64,000 nucleotides of DNA from Malacoraja senta (taxonomy: Eukaryota). Below are positions 50,170 through 61,300 of the stretch, piece by piece. The number at the start of each line of letters is the position of its first letter. Position 1 is the first letter of the stretch. Below the pieces are notes generated by a model that was not told where the DNA came from, ran no database searches, and worked only from the letters and a program-made list of their open reading frames with translations. A program made the translations under genes and the position numbers. The stretch is from the NCBI GenBank assembly GCA_038087875.1, contig JAXLNO010000350.1, positions 1 through 64,000 of the forward strand, given 5' to 3'.

Positions 50170-50670
50170 ATTCTTGCTATTGAGGGAGTGCAGCGTAGGT
50201 TCACAAGGTTAATTCCTGGGATGGCGGGACTGTCATATGGTGAGAGAATGGAGCGGCTGCGCTTGTATACTCTGGAATTTAGAAGGATGAGAGAGGATCT
50301 TATTGAAACATATAAGGGTTTGGACACGCTAGAGGCAGGAAACATGTTTCTGATGTCGGGGGAGTCCAGAACCAGTGGCCAGAGTCTAAGAATAAGGGGT
50401 AAGCCATTTAGAACGGAGATGAGGAAACTTTTTCACGCAGAGAGTTGTGAGTCTGTGGAATTCTCTGCCTCAGAGAGCAGTGGAGGCCGGTTCTCTGGAT
50501 ACATTCAAGAGAGAGCTAGATTGGGCTCTTAAAGATAGTGAAGTCAGGGGATATGGGGAGAAGGCAGGAACGGGGTACTGATTGTGGATGATCAGTCATG
50601 ATCACATTGAATGGTGGTGCTGGCTCGAAGGGCCGAATGGCCTACTGCTGCACCTATTGTCTATTGTCTA
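50170..50670 (+). mobile_element. CR1 3' end (paralog of 24470-24970)
   Basis: Same 5' truncation point and flanks. Confidence 0.85.
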
Positions 50671-51063
50671 TTGATTGTTCTATCTGGGACATATGACAAT
50701 AAAACACTCTTGACTCATCTGATCCCAAAACATCTCTCATTCCTTCTCTCCAGAGATGCTGCCTTTCCCACCGAGTTACTCCAGCACATTGCGTCTATGT
50801 AAGGTTTAAACCAGCGTCCGCAGTCCTTTTCTGCACGCGTTGATCGGCCACTGGTGGGCGAAGGGGTTGGAATCTAAGATGCCTGGACAGGTACGTGGAC
50901 AAGACAGGGTTAGAGGGGAGAATGGGCCAAAAGTGGGCAATTGGCACCTTCCCAAGATGGAGTTTTGAAGGGCGAGACCCTAACAAGATGGCCGCCCTCA
51001 ACCCCTCACCAAGATGGTCACCCTCAACCCCTCACCAAGATGACCACCGTCAACCAGTGCAAC

Positions 51064-51977
51064 TAAAGATCCTATAGCGAGCCAGATAATTCACTTGACG
51101 AAAAAGACGTAGTAGGGCAGAGTCATGGGTAATCTTCGGCCCCATTTTCGTATCTGGCTTCTGTCTCCGCACACGTATTCAATGATCCAAGTCTGGCCGG
51201 GATCAGCACGGCTGGAACACCAGAGTGAAGTTGCACGGAGGTTTAGAATTTTTTTTAATTTAATGTCCCTTGTCTAGTCCGAAATAAAGTTCATCATTAG
51301 ATATAAAAATCTGGAGAAATATATATATGTGTGTTATATGATTATAGACATCTATATCACATTCATATATCTGTGTATGTGTGTTCTTTCCTACACAATC
51401 TAATCAGTTGTACGCTCGATGAATAAAACCATCCTTAAGTTATACATCATTTGTAAATCTTGCTCAAAACAAATTTTATTTTGTTAAATACTTCATTTAG
51501 ATAACCCCACCAGTACAGACTGATCTCAATCCACTCTCTGGCTATTGGGCAGACCAGACCCATTTTATTGTTGAACAACTATTTCATAGACACAAAAAAA
51601 CTGCTATTATTTTTCCAAATATTGTAGTTGTGAACAGTGTGATTAGATGAATTACAGACTGCAAGTGTAATACAAAAATCAACTCAAACACAGCACATGA
51701 GCCATTTGAAACGAAATGTTTAAAAAAAAAACATTAAAAAGAAAATTAACAGAATTTTAATTTATTAACAAATTAATCATTAACAAAAATTAACAGAATT
51801 ATGAATGAACAGAATTAGGAATTATGAATCTAACCCTCTATCACACACACACAAACTGTTCCCCCCACAACACTGATTACTCTGCGAGAGGAATAACCAA
51901 AGTCGGGTGGGGATTACTGAAATGGCCGAGCTTTGTTGCTACATTGGATTCAGCAGGAGTTCGCTGTCGGATCTTTG
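51064..51977. mobile_element. Non-autonomous P-like DNA transposon
   Basis: TIR TAAAGATCCTATAGCGAGC / GTTCGCTGTCGGATCTTTG; 8-bp TSD AGTGCAAC/AGCGCAAC. Confidence 0.7.
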
Positions 51978-51999
51978 AGCGCAACTGACGGCGACATCG

Positions 52000-52105
52000 A
52001 CCTCACCAAGATGGCCGCCGCCCCCCCCCCCCATCGACCGCGTCAAGATGGCGGCGGAGAAGCGTCAGTTGGTGTCGCTGCTGAGCGGCGGCCTAAGGTA
52101 AATAA
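52000..52105 (+). promoter_or_regulatory. YY1-like promoter and first exon, copy D
   Basis: CAAGATGGCGGCG with ATG at 52048; donor at 52097; upstream YY1-like units at 50983-51050 are separated by the P-like insertion. Confidence 0.55.
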
Positions 52106-52973
52106 TGTTATAAATCAGCCGGGGATTGAGCGGGATCGGGTCAATATGGGGGAGAAGTGAGGTAAATCACCACATAAAGTAACTACACTAACGTGTATCT
52201 ATCTATCTATCTGTGGGGATACACAACTGGGGTCAAACTGGTTCTAAACCAGCCTCCCCCTCTTATTCACTGAGGGAAATAACCTTATAAATACATCAAT
52301 AAATAAATACATCAGCAGCGGAATAAATAAATAAATAAACCCGGTAAATGTGGGGGAGAGAGAGAGAGAGAGAGAGAGTTGAGGTAAATCACCACATAAA
52401 TAAACTACACGTCTGGGGCAAAACTGGGCTCAATTATATCACCTCACCGTCTGGAGCAGCGTCCTGAGATAAAACACCTTATAAACATCTATCTCCCTCT
52501 CTCTGGCTCCCCCCCCCCTCTCTGTAAATAATCAATAAATCACCAAACTACACGTCTGGGGGAATAAACCCGGTAAATCTGGTGGAGACCTGAGGTCAAT
52601 AATGTTAGAAACCCACAGGGGAGTGAAATAAACCCGGTAAATCTGGGGTAAAACTGAGGTCAATAATGTTAGAAACACACAGGGGAGTGAAATAAACCCG
52701 GTAAATCTGGGGTAAAACTGAGGTCAATGATGTTAGAAACCCACAGGGGAGTGAAATAAACCCGGTAAATCTGGGGTAAAACTGAGGTCAATAATGTTAG
52801 AAACCCACAGGGGAGTGAAATAAACAAGGCTGTGGGGTCGTCCCCAAAACATCTGACTCCGACCCCTCGGTATAATAATCCTAAATCTGCTGTGATGACA
52901 TTACACAAGATGGCATTTCGTAAGAACTGAGGTAAATAATGTTATAAATCAGCAGCGGAGCGGAATAAACCCT

Positions 52974-54655
52974 AGGTACACAAAAATGCTGGAGAAACTC
53001 AGCGGGTGCAGCAGCATCTATGGAGCGAAGGAAACAGGCAACGTTTCGGGCCGAAACCCTTCTTCAGACTGATAGGGGGTGGGGAGAAGAAAGGAAAAAA
53101 GGAAAAGGCGGTGGAGGAGCCCGAGGGCTGGGGGAGGGGAGGAGACAACCAGATGGCTGATGAAGGGGAGGGGACAGCCAGGGCTAGCAGAATTGGGAGA
53201 ATTCAACGTTCAGGCCACCAGGATGTAGACTGCCCAAGCGGAATATGAGGTGCATTTCCTCCAATTTACGGTGTTGCTCGCTGTGGCCATGGAGGAGACC
53301 CAGGACAGAGAGGTCAGATACGGAATGGGAGGGGGAGTTGAAGTGCTGAGCCACCGGGAGTTCAGGTTGGTTATTGCGGACCGACCGGAGGTGTTCGGCG
53401 AAACGATCGCCAAGCCTCCGCTTGGTCTCACCGATGTAGATCAGCTGGCATCTAGAGCAGCGAATGCAATAGATGAGGTTGGAGGAGATGCAGGTGAACC
53501 TCTGTCGCACCTGGAACGACTGCTTGGGTCCTTGAATGGAGTGGAGGGGGGAAGTGAAGGGACAAGTGTTGCATCTCTTGCGGTTGCAAGGGAAAGTACC
53601 AGTGGGAGGGGGTGGTATGGGAGGGAAGGGAAGAATTGACAAGGGAGTTACGGAGGGAGCGGTCTTTGCGGAAGGCAGACATAGGGGGAGATGGGAAGAT
53701 GTGGCGAGTGGTGGGGTCACGTTGGAGGTGGCGAAACTGACGGAGGATCACTTGTTGTATGTGACGGCTGGTGGGGTGAAAGGTGAGGACTAGGGGGACT
53801 CTGCCTTTGTTGTGAGTGGGGGGATGGGGAGAGAGAGCTGTGTTGCGGGGTATGGCAGAGACCCTGGTGCGAGCCTCATCTATGGTGGAGGAGGGGAACC
53901 CCCGTTCCCTGAAGAATGAGGACATTTCAGATGCCCTGGTGTGGAACGCCTCATCCTGGGAGCAGATGCGGCGTAGACGGAGGAATTGGGAGTGGGGGAT
54001 GGAGTCCTTACAGGAAGCAGGGTGGGTAGAAGTGTAGTCCAGATAGCCATGGGAGTCGGTAGGTTTGTAGTGGAGTCGTTCCAGGTGCGACAGAGGTTCA
54101 CCTGCATCTCCTCCAACCTCATCTATTGCATTCGCTGCTCTAGATGCCAGCTGATCTACATCGGTGAGACCAAGCGGAGGCTTGGCGATCGTTTCGCCGA
54201 ACACCTCCGGTCGGTCCGCAATAACCAACCTGAACTCCCGGTGGCTCAGCACTTCAACTCCCCCTCCCATTCCGTATCTGACCTCTCTGTCCTGGGTCTC
54301 CTCCATGGCCACAGCGAGCAACACCGTAAATTGGAGGAAATGCACCTCATATTCCGCTTGGGCAGTCTACATCCTGGTGGCCTGAACGTTGAATTCTCCC
54401 AATTCTGCTAGCCCTGGCTGTCCCCTCCCCTTCATCAGCCATCTGGTTGTCTCCTCCCCTCCCCCAGCCCTCGGGCTCCTCCTCCGCCTTTTCCTTTTTT
54501 CCTTTCTTCTCCCCACCCCCTATCAGTCTGAAGAAGGGTTTCGGCCCGAAACGTTACCTATTTCCTTCGCTCCATAGATGCTGCTGCACCCGCTGAGTTT
54601 CTCCAGCATTTTTGTGTACCTTCGATTTTCCAGCATCTGCAGTTCCTTCTTTAAC
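52974..54655 (-). mobile_element. Young Penelope-like insertion: 5'-truncated body (RT thumb, Cys-rich linker, GIY-YIG) plus inverted pLTR
   Basis: YKPTDSHGYLDY, SQFLRLRRICS, CNRKRCNTC, LIYCIRC...YIGET; arms 52974-53520 and 54075-54621; TSD GCGGAATAAACCCT at 52960-52973 and 54656-54669. Confidence 0.93.
54528..54555 (+). ncRNA. Minimal type-I hammerhead-like motif (representative copy)
   Basis: CUGAAGA-A-GGGU(UUCG)GCCC-GAAAC-GUU; similar cores at 371-398 +, 14171-14198 -, 28665-28692 -, 44513-44540 -, 53040-53067 -, 56688-56715 +. Confidence 0.65.
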
Positions 54656-54751
54656 GCGGAATAAACCCTGTCTGGGGGAGAGCTGAGGTAAATCACCACA
54701 TAAATAAACTACACGTCTGGGGCAAAACTGGGCTCAATTATATCAACTCAC

Positions 54752-55237
54752 ACCTAGAAGAGATAAGACTCCTGGCAGATAAACCAGATCACTTCCATCT
54801 GACGTGGTCTGCATTTATAGAATTATTACAAATATAGGGTGCAAAGGTACCTTAAAAAACAAAACTGAGGTCAGGTAAAGGGTGATGATAGTTGGAAAGT
54901 TGGTATGTCCCATTTGCGTAATGCTCATAAAAACTATTTGTTTTTCTCTTTCTCCTCTTTCTCTTTCTCCTTCTTTTCTAGGGTCTATTTCTTAACTCTT
55001 TTTCTTTTGTTTTTAATTTTGTTCTTATAGGGTCTTCGTTCTGTCTTGTTGTCACACTTTCCACACTTTCACTTTTTCCTTCACTTTCTTCTTTCTTTCA
55101 ATCTTATCCTTTCCTTTTACTAGTGTAAAAAACAAACGGAGTACATTAATTGTAAGAAGATATAAGTGACGAGTACTAATGTATGTGGTTGTAATGTAAT
55201 GCACTTCTAATAAATAAAAATTAAAAAAATATATATA
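54752..55237 (+). mobile_element. Short L1 3' fragment, same family as 25120-27540
   Basis: Matches 27060-27540; TSD TATATCAACTCAC at 54739-54751 and 55238-55250; empty site at ~40373-40385 (reverse strand). Confidence 0.9.
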
Positions 55238-55290
55238 TATATCAACTCACCGTCTGGAGCAGCGTCCTGAGATAAAACATGTTATAAACA

Positions 55291-56400
55291 TAACAATGTT
55301 ACAAAATTTTGAGATTTTTAAAAGTAAGTCTGCAATTTATCCCATCAAATAAAGCATTAAAAGACGTTTGATTTGACACCTAATTCACTTTCACATCTTG
55401 AGTATTAAAAAGGTTATGGCCATTCTCATACTCGGAAATTAGCATCTTGTTCCCTATTGCTTTTCCATTGACTGAACACAAAAGCTGTGAGCGAGGACAG
55501 TCAAAAGCCCATAACTTTCTTTAAAATCAAGAGAACTGAATGAAATTTTCAGATATATTAGATTGAAGCATTCTGAAACAAATATAAAACATCTAACTTG
55601 GTTAATTATCTAATTGCAGCTAATTACAAAATTGACCATTGTGACGGAAATAGTAATAAACCCAGACTGCCTTGAAAATTTAAAAATGTCATATTCTCAA
55701 GATCAGAACTTAAATATTATTGTATTATATGCTGTAAGCCCATAACAGATAGGTAAATAAATTACAATTTCTAGCAATAGACCAGGTCTTTATGGAGAAG
55801 ATCAGTTGCTAGCTGGTACATTGGCATATCATAATCAGTAGCATCATCATACTCCTCAGATTGTAACCAATAAGCAACTCTTTTCCTCAACTTTTCAATT
55901 TTGGCATTGTAAACTACAAGTTTTTGCTCTTCAAACCACGCATGACAAGCGTTTCTGCCCACTACTTTCCCATTAAGAATGTCCTGTACATTCCATTTCT
56001 TAAGAAAAGGATAATTTTTTTAAATAGCCTAAGTATTCAAATAACAAACTAATCTCATTCACACAAGAATTCACAATATAACATGATTTTTAAATCTCAC
56101 TGTCATGAATTTATATGCCAGATGGAAGGAATTTAATTTTTAATTCCCATAAATTAATCCAGAAACATCCACCCAAAATATAATCAAAAGTATTGTTTTT
56201 TGCACAATACATGTGACTCAAACTGTTGTGAATATTTAGTTTTAAAATAATGATCATGGAGAGAGAATAACGCAAAATATAGACAATTTAGACGGCTTAT
56301 GACATGATTGTCAAAAAAAAAGAGCATTTTAATCTTCTTGCTTCTGGAACGCGATCGATTGGAACGTTGCATTTGCAGTGAATTTGAACTCCATAACCGC
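55291..56400. mobile_element. Truncated longer relative of the TIR element at 7986-9024
   Basis: Starts TAACAATGTTACAAAATTTTGAG; colinear with 7990-8620, with extra internal segments. Confidence 0.75.
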
Positions 56401-56404
56401 AAAT

Positions 56405-56762
56405 AAACAACCTGATCTCCTGGTCCTCAGCACTTCAACTCCCTCTCCCATTCCCAATCCGACCTTTCTATCCTGGGCCTCCTGCATGGCCAGAGTGAGT
56501 CCCACCACAAATTGGAGGAAAAGCACCTCATATTTCGCTTGGGTTGTTTACACCCCAGTGTAATGAACATTGACCTCCAATTTCAGGTAGTCCCTGCTTT
56601 CTCCCTCCTTCACTTCTTTTTCCCAGCTATCCCACAGCCCACTGTCTCCCGCTCTTACTTTCTTCCCCCCCCTCACCCCACATTAGTCTGAAGAAGGGTC
56701 TCGACCCGAAACGTCACCTTTTTCCTTCGCTGCATAGGAGCTCCACTGAGTTTCTCCAGCAT
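56405..56762 (+). mobile_element. Older Penelope 3' fragment with hammerhead-like core
   Basis: QHFNSLSH..., HLIFRLG; core at 56688-56715. Confidence 0.75.
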
Positions 56763-57395
56763 CGAACTATAGGAAGAGGTTTGTTTAGGCTAGGACTCCA
56801 TTCCTTTAAGTGCAGGAGGATGAGGGGTGATGAGTAAAATCATGAGAGGATTAGATCGGGTCGATGCACAGTCTCGTGCCCACTCCACCTCTTATTGTGG
56901 ATAATTGGCCTAAATGTCGCGTGTGGGTGAGAAGCCTGCTGTGTTTTAAAAAACAGGTTATGTTTGTTATCGAAATTAAATTGCATTAACATAGCTCCTT
57001 GAAAGTGGTGTAACAGGTAGACAGGGTGGTCAAGAAGGCTTTCGGTACATTGGCCTTCCAACAGTCAAAGCATTGAGTAGAGTGTATTGTGTTCAGTTTT
57101 GGTCACCATATTATAGGAAAGATGTTGTCAAGCTGGAAAGAGTGGGCAAGGTGGGCTGAAGGGCCTCTTTCTATGCTTTATGACCCTAAGAAAAAACATT
57201 GAATAAAATGAAGGAATTGGATGTTATTTGCATCATGTTCAACATGAACATTGTGGGCCGAAGGGCCGTTCCTGTGCTGGACTGTTCCATGCTCTATTCT
57301 ATTCAATAACAAAGGCTATATTCTGCAACAATATGCTATATTCTGTTCTATAATAACTATGATATTTATATTCTTATGCATCAATATAGAAGTCA

Positions 57396-57570
57396 CTGGA
57401 CTAAGTCGGACCTGTTGGGTCCCATGTTCACACGGGAGGGCTGGTCCCCCAACGTAATATTCCACCTCTCCACCAATTCCAATATTGGTCAGTGGAGGGG
57501 GGGGGGGGGCTTTCGGGCGCTAGTAAGGGGATTGTGGGCCGAAGGGACTGGTTTCCAGAGGGCCAGTATT
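57396..57570 (-). mobile_element. Helitron 3' end, same family as 22799-23508
   Basis: Reverse complement matches 23335-23508, including a decayed hairpin. Confidence 0.7.
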
Positions 57571-57892
57571 TTCCCCTCCTTCCCCAGTTATTTTCCATTC
57601 CGTAATCCCTATTTAAACCACATGACGTCTCCTTTCTTGGCCCCCCTTATTTCTCTTAGCTAGGGCTTGATACAGAGTTGGAAAGGTCATATATCTGTCA
57701 CAAATGATTTACGCTAAGTGCTGCGAGAGAAGAACCCATACTTTACTTTCCTATCTTGGGCCTCCCTTATGTCTCTTGGTCATCCCAGCTAGGGTTGTTA
57801 CAGAGTTACAAACGTCATGTAACTGTCACAACTAATTTACGCAAATTCTGAGCTAGCTACGAGGGAAGAACCCAAACGCCTTCCCCTGATTT

Positions 57893-58250
57893 AGAAACAT
57901 AAACATAGAAACATAGAAAATAGGTGCAGGAGGAGGCCATTCGGCCCTTCGAGCCAGCACTGCAATCCATTGTGATAATGGCTGATCATCCCCAATAAAT
58001 AACCCGTGCCTGCCTTCTCCCGATATCCTTGATTCCACTAGCCCCTAGAGCTCTATCTAACTCTCTCTTAAATCCATCCAGTGACTTGGCCTCCACTGCC
58101 CTCTGTGGCAGGGAATTCCACAAATTCACAACTCACTGGGTGAAAACGTTTTTTCTCACCTCAGTCTTAAATGGCTTCCGCTTTATTCTAAGACTGTGGC
58201 CCCTGGTTCTGGACTCGCCCAACATTGGGAACATTTTTCCTGCATCTAGC
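57893..58250 (-). mobile_element. CR1 3' end
   Basis: (CATAGAAA)n tail and 3'UTR. Confidence 0.85.
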
Positions 58251-58371
58251 TTCACCATGATGAAGGGAATGCCCCTTCCGGGGGTCTGAAAGAATGCGAG
58301 GGAGAGGCCACAGCTGTGATTCTAAGCTGTGAATCAACTGACCCATACTTGCAATAAATGATTTGTTAGCC

Positions 58372-61300
58372 TTCAATGAAAATGTAATGAGTTGTTTGGC
58401 TTGCCCTGTGCTTGAAACTGCAATGGAAATGGAAATGAAATGAAAATGCATTGAACTGTTTGACCTGCCCTGTGCTTGAAGCTGTAATGGAAATGAAATG
58501 AAAATGCAATAAGCTGTTGGGCCTGCCCTGTGCTTGAAATTGCAATGGAAATGGAAATGAAATGAAAATGCAATGTTGTGTTTGGCCTGCCCTGTGCTTG
58601 AAACTCCCAATAGAAATGGAAATGAAATGAAAATGCATTGAGTTGTTTGGCCCTCCCTGTACTTGAAAATGCAATGGAAATGGTAATTACATGAAATGCA
58701 ATGCTATTTGGCCTGCCCTGTGCTTGGAACTGCAATGGAAATGGAAATGAAATGAAAATCCAATTAGCTGTTTGTCCTGCCCTGTGCTTGAAACTGCAAT
58801 GGAAATGGAAATGAAATGAAAATGCAATGAGTCATTTGGCCTGCCCTGTGCTTGAAACTGCAATGGAAATGAAATGAAAATGCAATGTCATTTGGCCTGC
58901 CCTGTGCTTCAAACTGCAATGGAAATGTAAATGAAATGAAAATGCAATTTTGTTTGGCCTGCCATGTGCTTGAAACTGCAAGGGAAATGGAAATAAAATA
59001 AAAATGAAAATGCAAACTGTTTGGCCTGCCCTGTGCTTGAAACAGCAATGGAAATGGAAATGAAATGAAAATGCAATGAGTCGTTGGGCCTGCCCTGTGC
59101 TTGAAACTGCAATGGAAGTGGAAATTAAATGCAAATGCAATGAGCTGTTTGGCCTGCCCTGTGCTTGAAACGGCAATGGAAGTGGAAATGAAATGAAAAT
59201 GCAATGAGCTGTTTGGCCTGCCCTGTGCTTCAAACTGCAATGGAAATGGAAATAAAATGAAAATGCATTGAGTTGTTTGGCCTGCCCTGTGCTTGCAAAT
59301 GCAATGGAATTGGAAATGAAATGAAAATGCAATGAGTTATTTGGCCTGCCCTGTGCTAGAAACTGTAATGGAAGTGGAAATGACATGAAAGTGCAATGAG
59401 CTGCTTGGCCTTCCCTGTGCTGGAAACAGCAATGGAAATGGAAATGAAAAAAAAATGCACTGCTGTTTGGCCTCCCCGGTGCTTGAAACTGCAATGGAAA
59501 TGAAATGAAATGAATATGAAAATGAAATGAGTTATTTGGCCTGCTTTGTGCTTGAAATTGCAATGGAAATGGAAATTAAATGAAAATGCAATGTCGTTTG
59601 GACTGCCATATGTTTGAAACTGCAATGGACCTGGAAAGGAAATGAAAATACAATGAGTTGTTTGGCCTGCCTTGTGCTTGAAACTGCAATGGAAATGGAA
59701 ATGAAATGAAAATGCAATGAGTCATTTGGCGTGCCTTGTGCTTGAAACTGCAATGGAAATGTAAATGAAATGAAAATGCAATGAGTTGTTTGGCCTGCCC
59801 TGTGCTTCAAACTGCAATGGAAATGGAATTGAAATGAAAAGGTAATGTTGTTTGGCCTGCCATGTGCTTGAAACTGCAAGGGAAATGGAAATAAAATGAG
59901 AATGAAAATGAAATGAGTTGTTTTGACTGCCCTGAGCTTGAAACTGCTATGGAAATGAAATGAAAATGCAATCTGTTTGGCCTGCCCTGTGCTTGAAACA
60001 GCAATGGAAATGGAAATGAAATGAAATGAATATGAACATGAAATGAGTTGTTTGGCCTGCCCTATGCTTGAAAATGCAATGGGATTTAGAAATGAAATGA
60101 AATGCAATGAGTTGTTTGGCATGCCCTGTGCTTGAAACTGCAATGGAAATGAAATGAAAATGCAATGAACTGTTTGACCTGCCCTGTGCTTGAAACTGCA
60201 ATGGAAATGGAAATGAAATGAAAATGCAATGAGCTGTTTGGCCTGCCCTGTGCTTGAAATTGCAATGGAAATGGAAATGAAATGAAAATGCAATGATGTG
60301 TTTGGCCTGCCCTGTGCTTGAAACTCCCAATGGAAATGGAAATGAAATGAAAATGCATTGAGTTTTTTGGCCCTCCCTGTGCTTGAAAATGTAATGGAAA
60401 TGGTAATTAAATGAAATGCAATGTCGTTTGGCCTGCCCTGTGCATGGAACTGCAATGGAAATGGAAATGAAATGAAAATGCAATGAGTCGTTGGGCCTGC
60501 CCTGTGCTTGAAACTGCAATGGAAATGGAAATAAAATCAAAATGCAATAAGTCATTTGGCCTGCCCTGTGCATGAAACTGCATTGGAAGTGGAAATGAAA
60601 TGCAAATGCAATGAGCTGTTTGGCCTGCCCTATGCTTGAAACTGCAATGGAAGTGGAAATGAATTGAAAATGCAATGAGCTGTTTGGCCTGCCCTATGCT
60701 TGAAACTGCAATGGAAGTGGAAATGAATTGAAAATGCAATGAGCTGTTTGGCCTGCCCTGTGCTTGAAACTGCAATGGAAATGGAAATAAAATGAAAATG
60801 CATTGAGTTGTTTGGCCTGCCCTGTGCTTGCAAATGCAATGGAATTGGAAATGAAATGAAAATGCAATGAGTCATTTGGCCTGCCCTGTGCTAGAAACTG
60901 TAATGGAAGTGGAAATGACATGAAAGTGCCATGAGCTGCTTGGCCTTCCCTGTGCTGGAAAGGGCAATGGAAATGGAAATGAAAAAAAATGCAATGAGCT
61001 CTTTGGCCTCCACTGTGCTTGAAACTGCAATGGAAATGAAATGAAATGAAATGAGTTGTTTGGCCTGCCCAGTGCTTGAAAATGGAATGGGATTTGGAAA
61101 TGAAATGAAATGCAATGAGTTGTTTGGCATGCCCTGTGCTTGAAACTGCAATGGAAATGGAAATGAAATGAAAATGCAATGTCATTTGGCCTGCTTTGTT
61201 CTTGAAATTGCAATGGAAATGGAAATTAAATGAAAATGCATTGTCGTTTGGACTGCCATATGTTTGAAACTGCAATGGACCTGGAAAGGAAATGAAATGA

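Noticed and set aside
53452..54411. 297-aa and 141-aa ORFs as genes
   Set aside because: Chimeras across the Penelope inversion junction at ~54074
58257..58289. C/D-box snoRNA (ATGATGA...CTGA)
   Set aside because: Only 33 nt from C to D box, with no convincing terminal stem or guide
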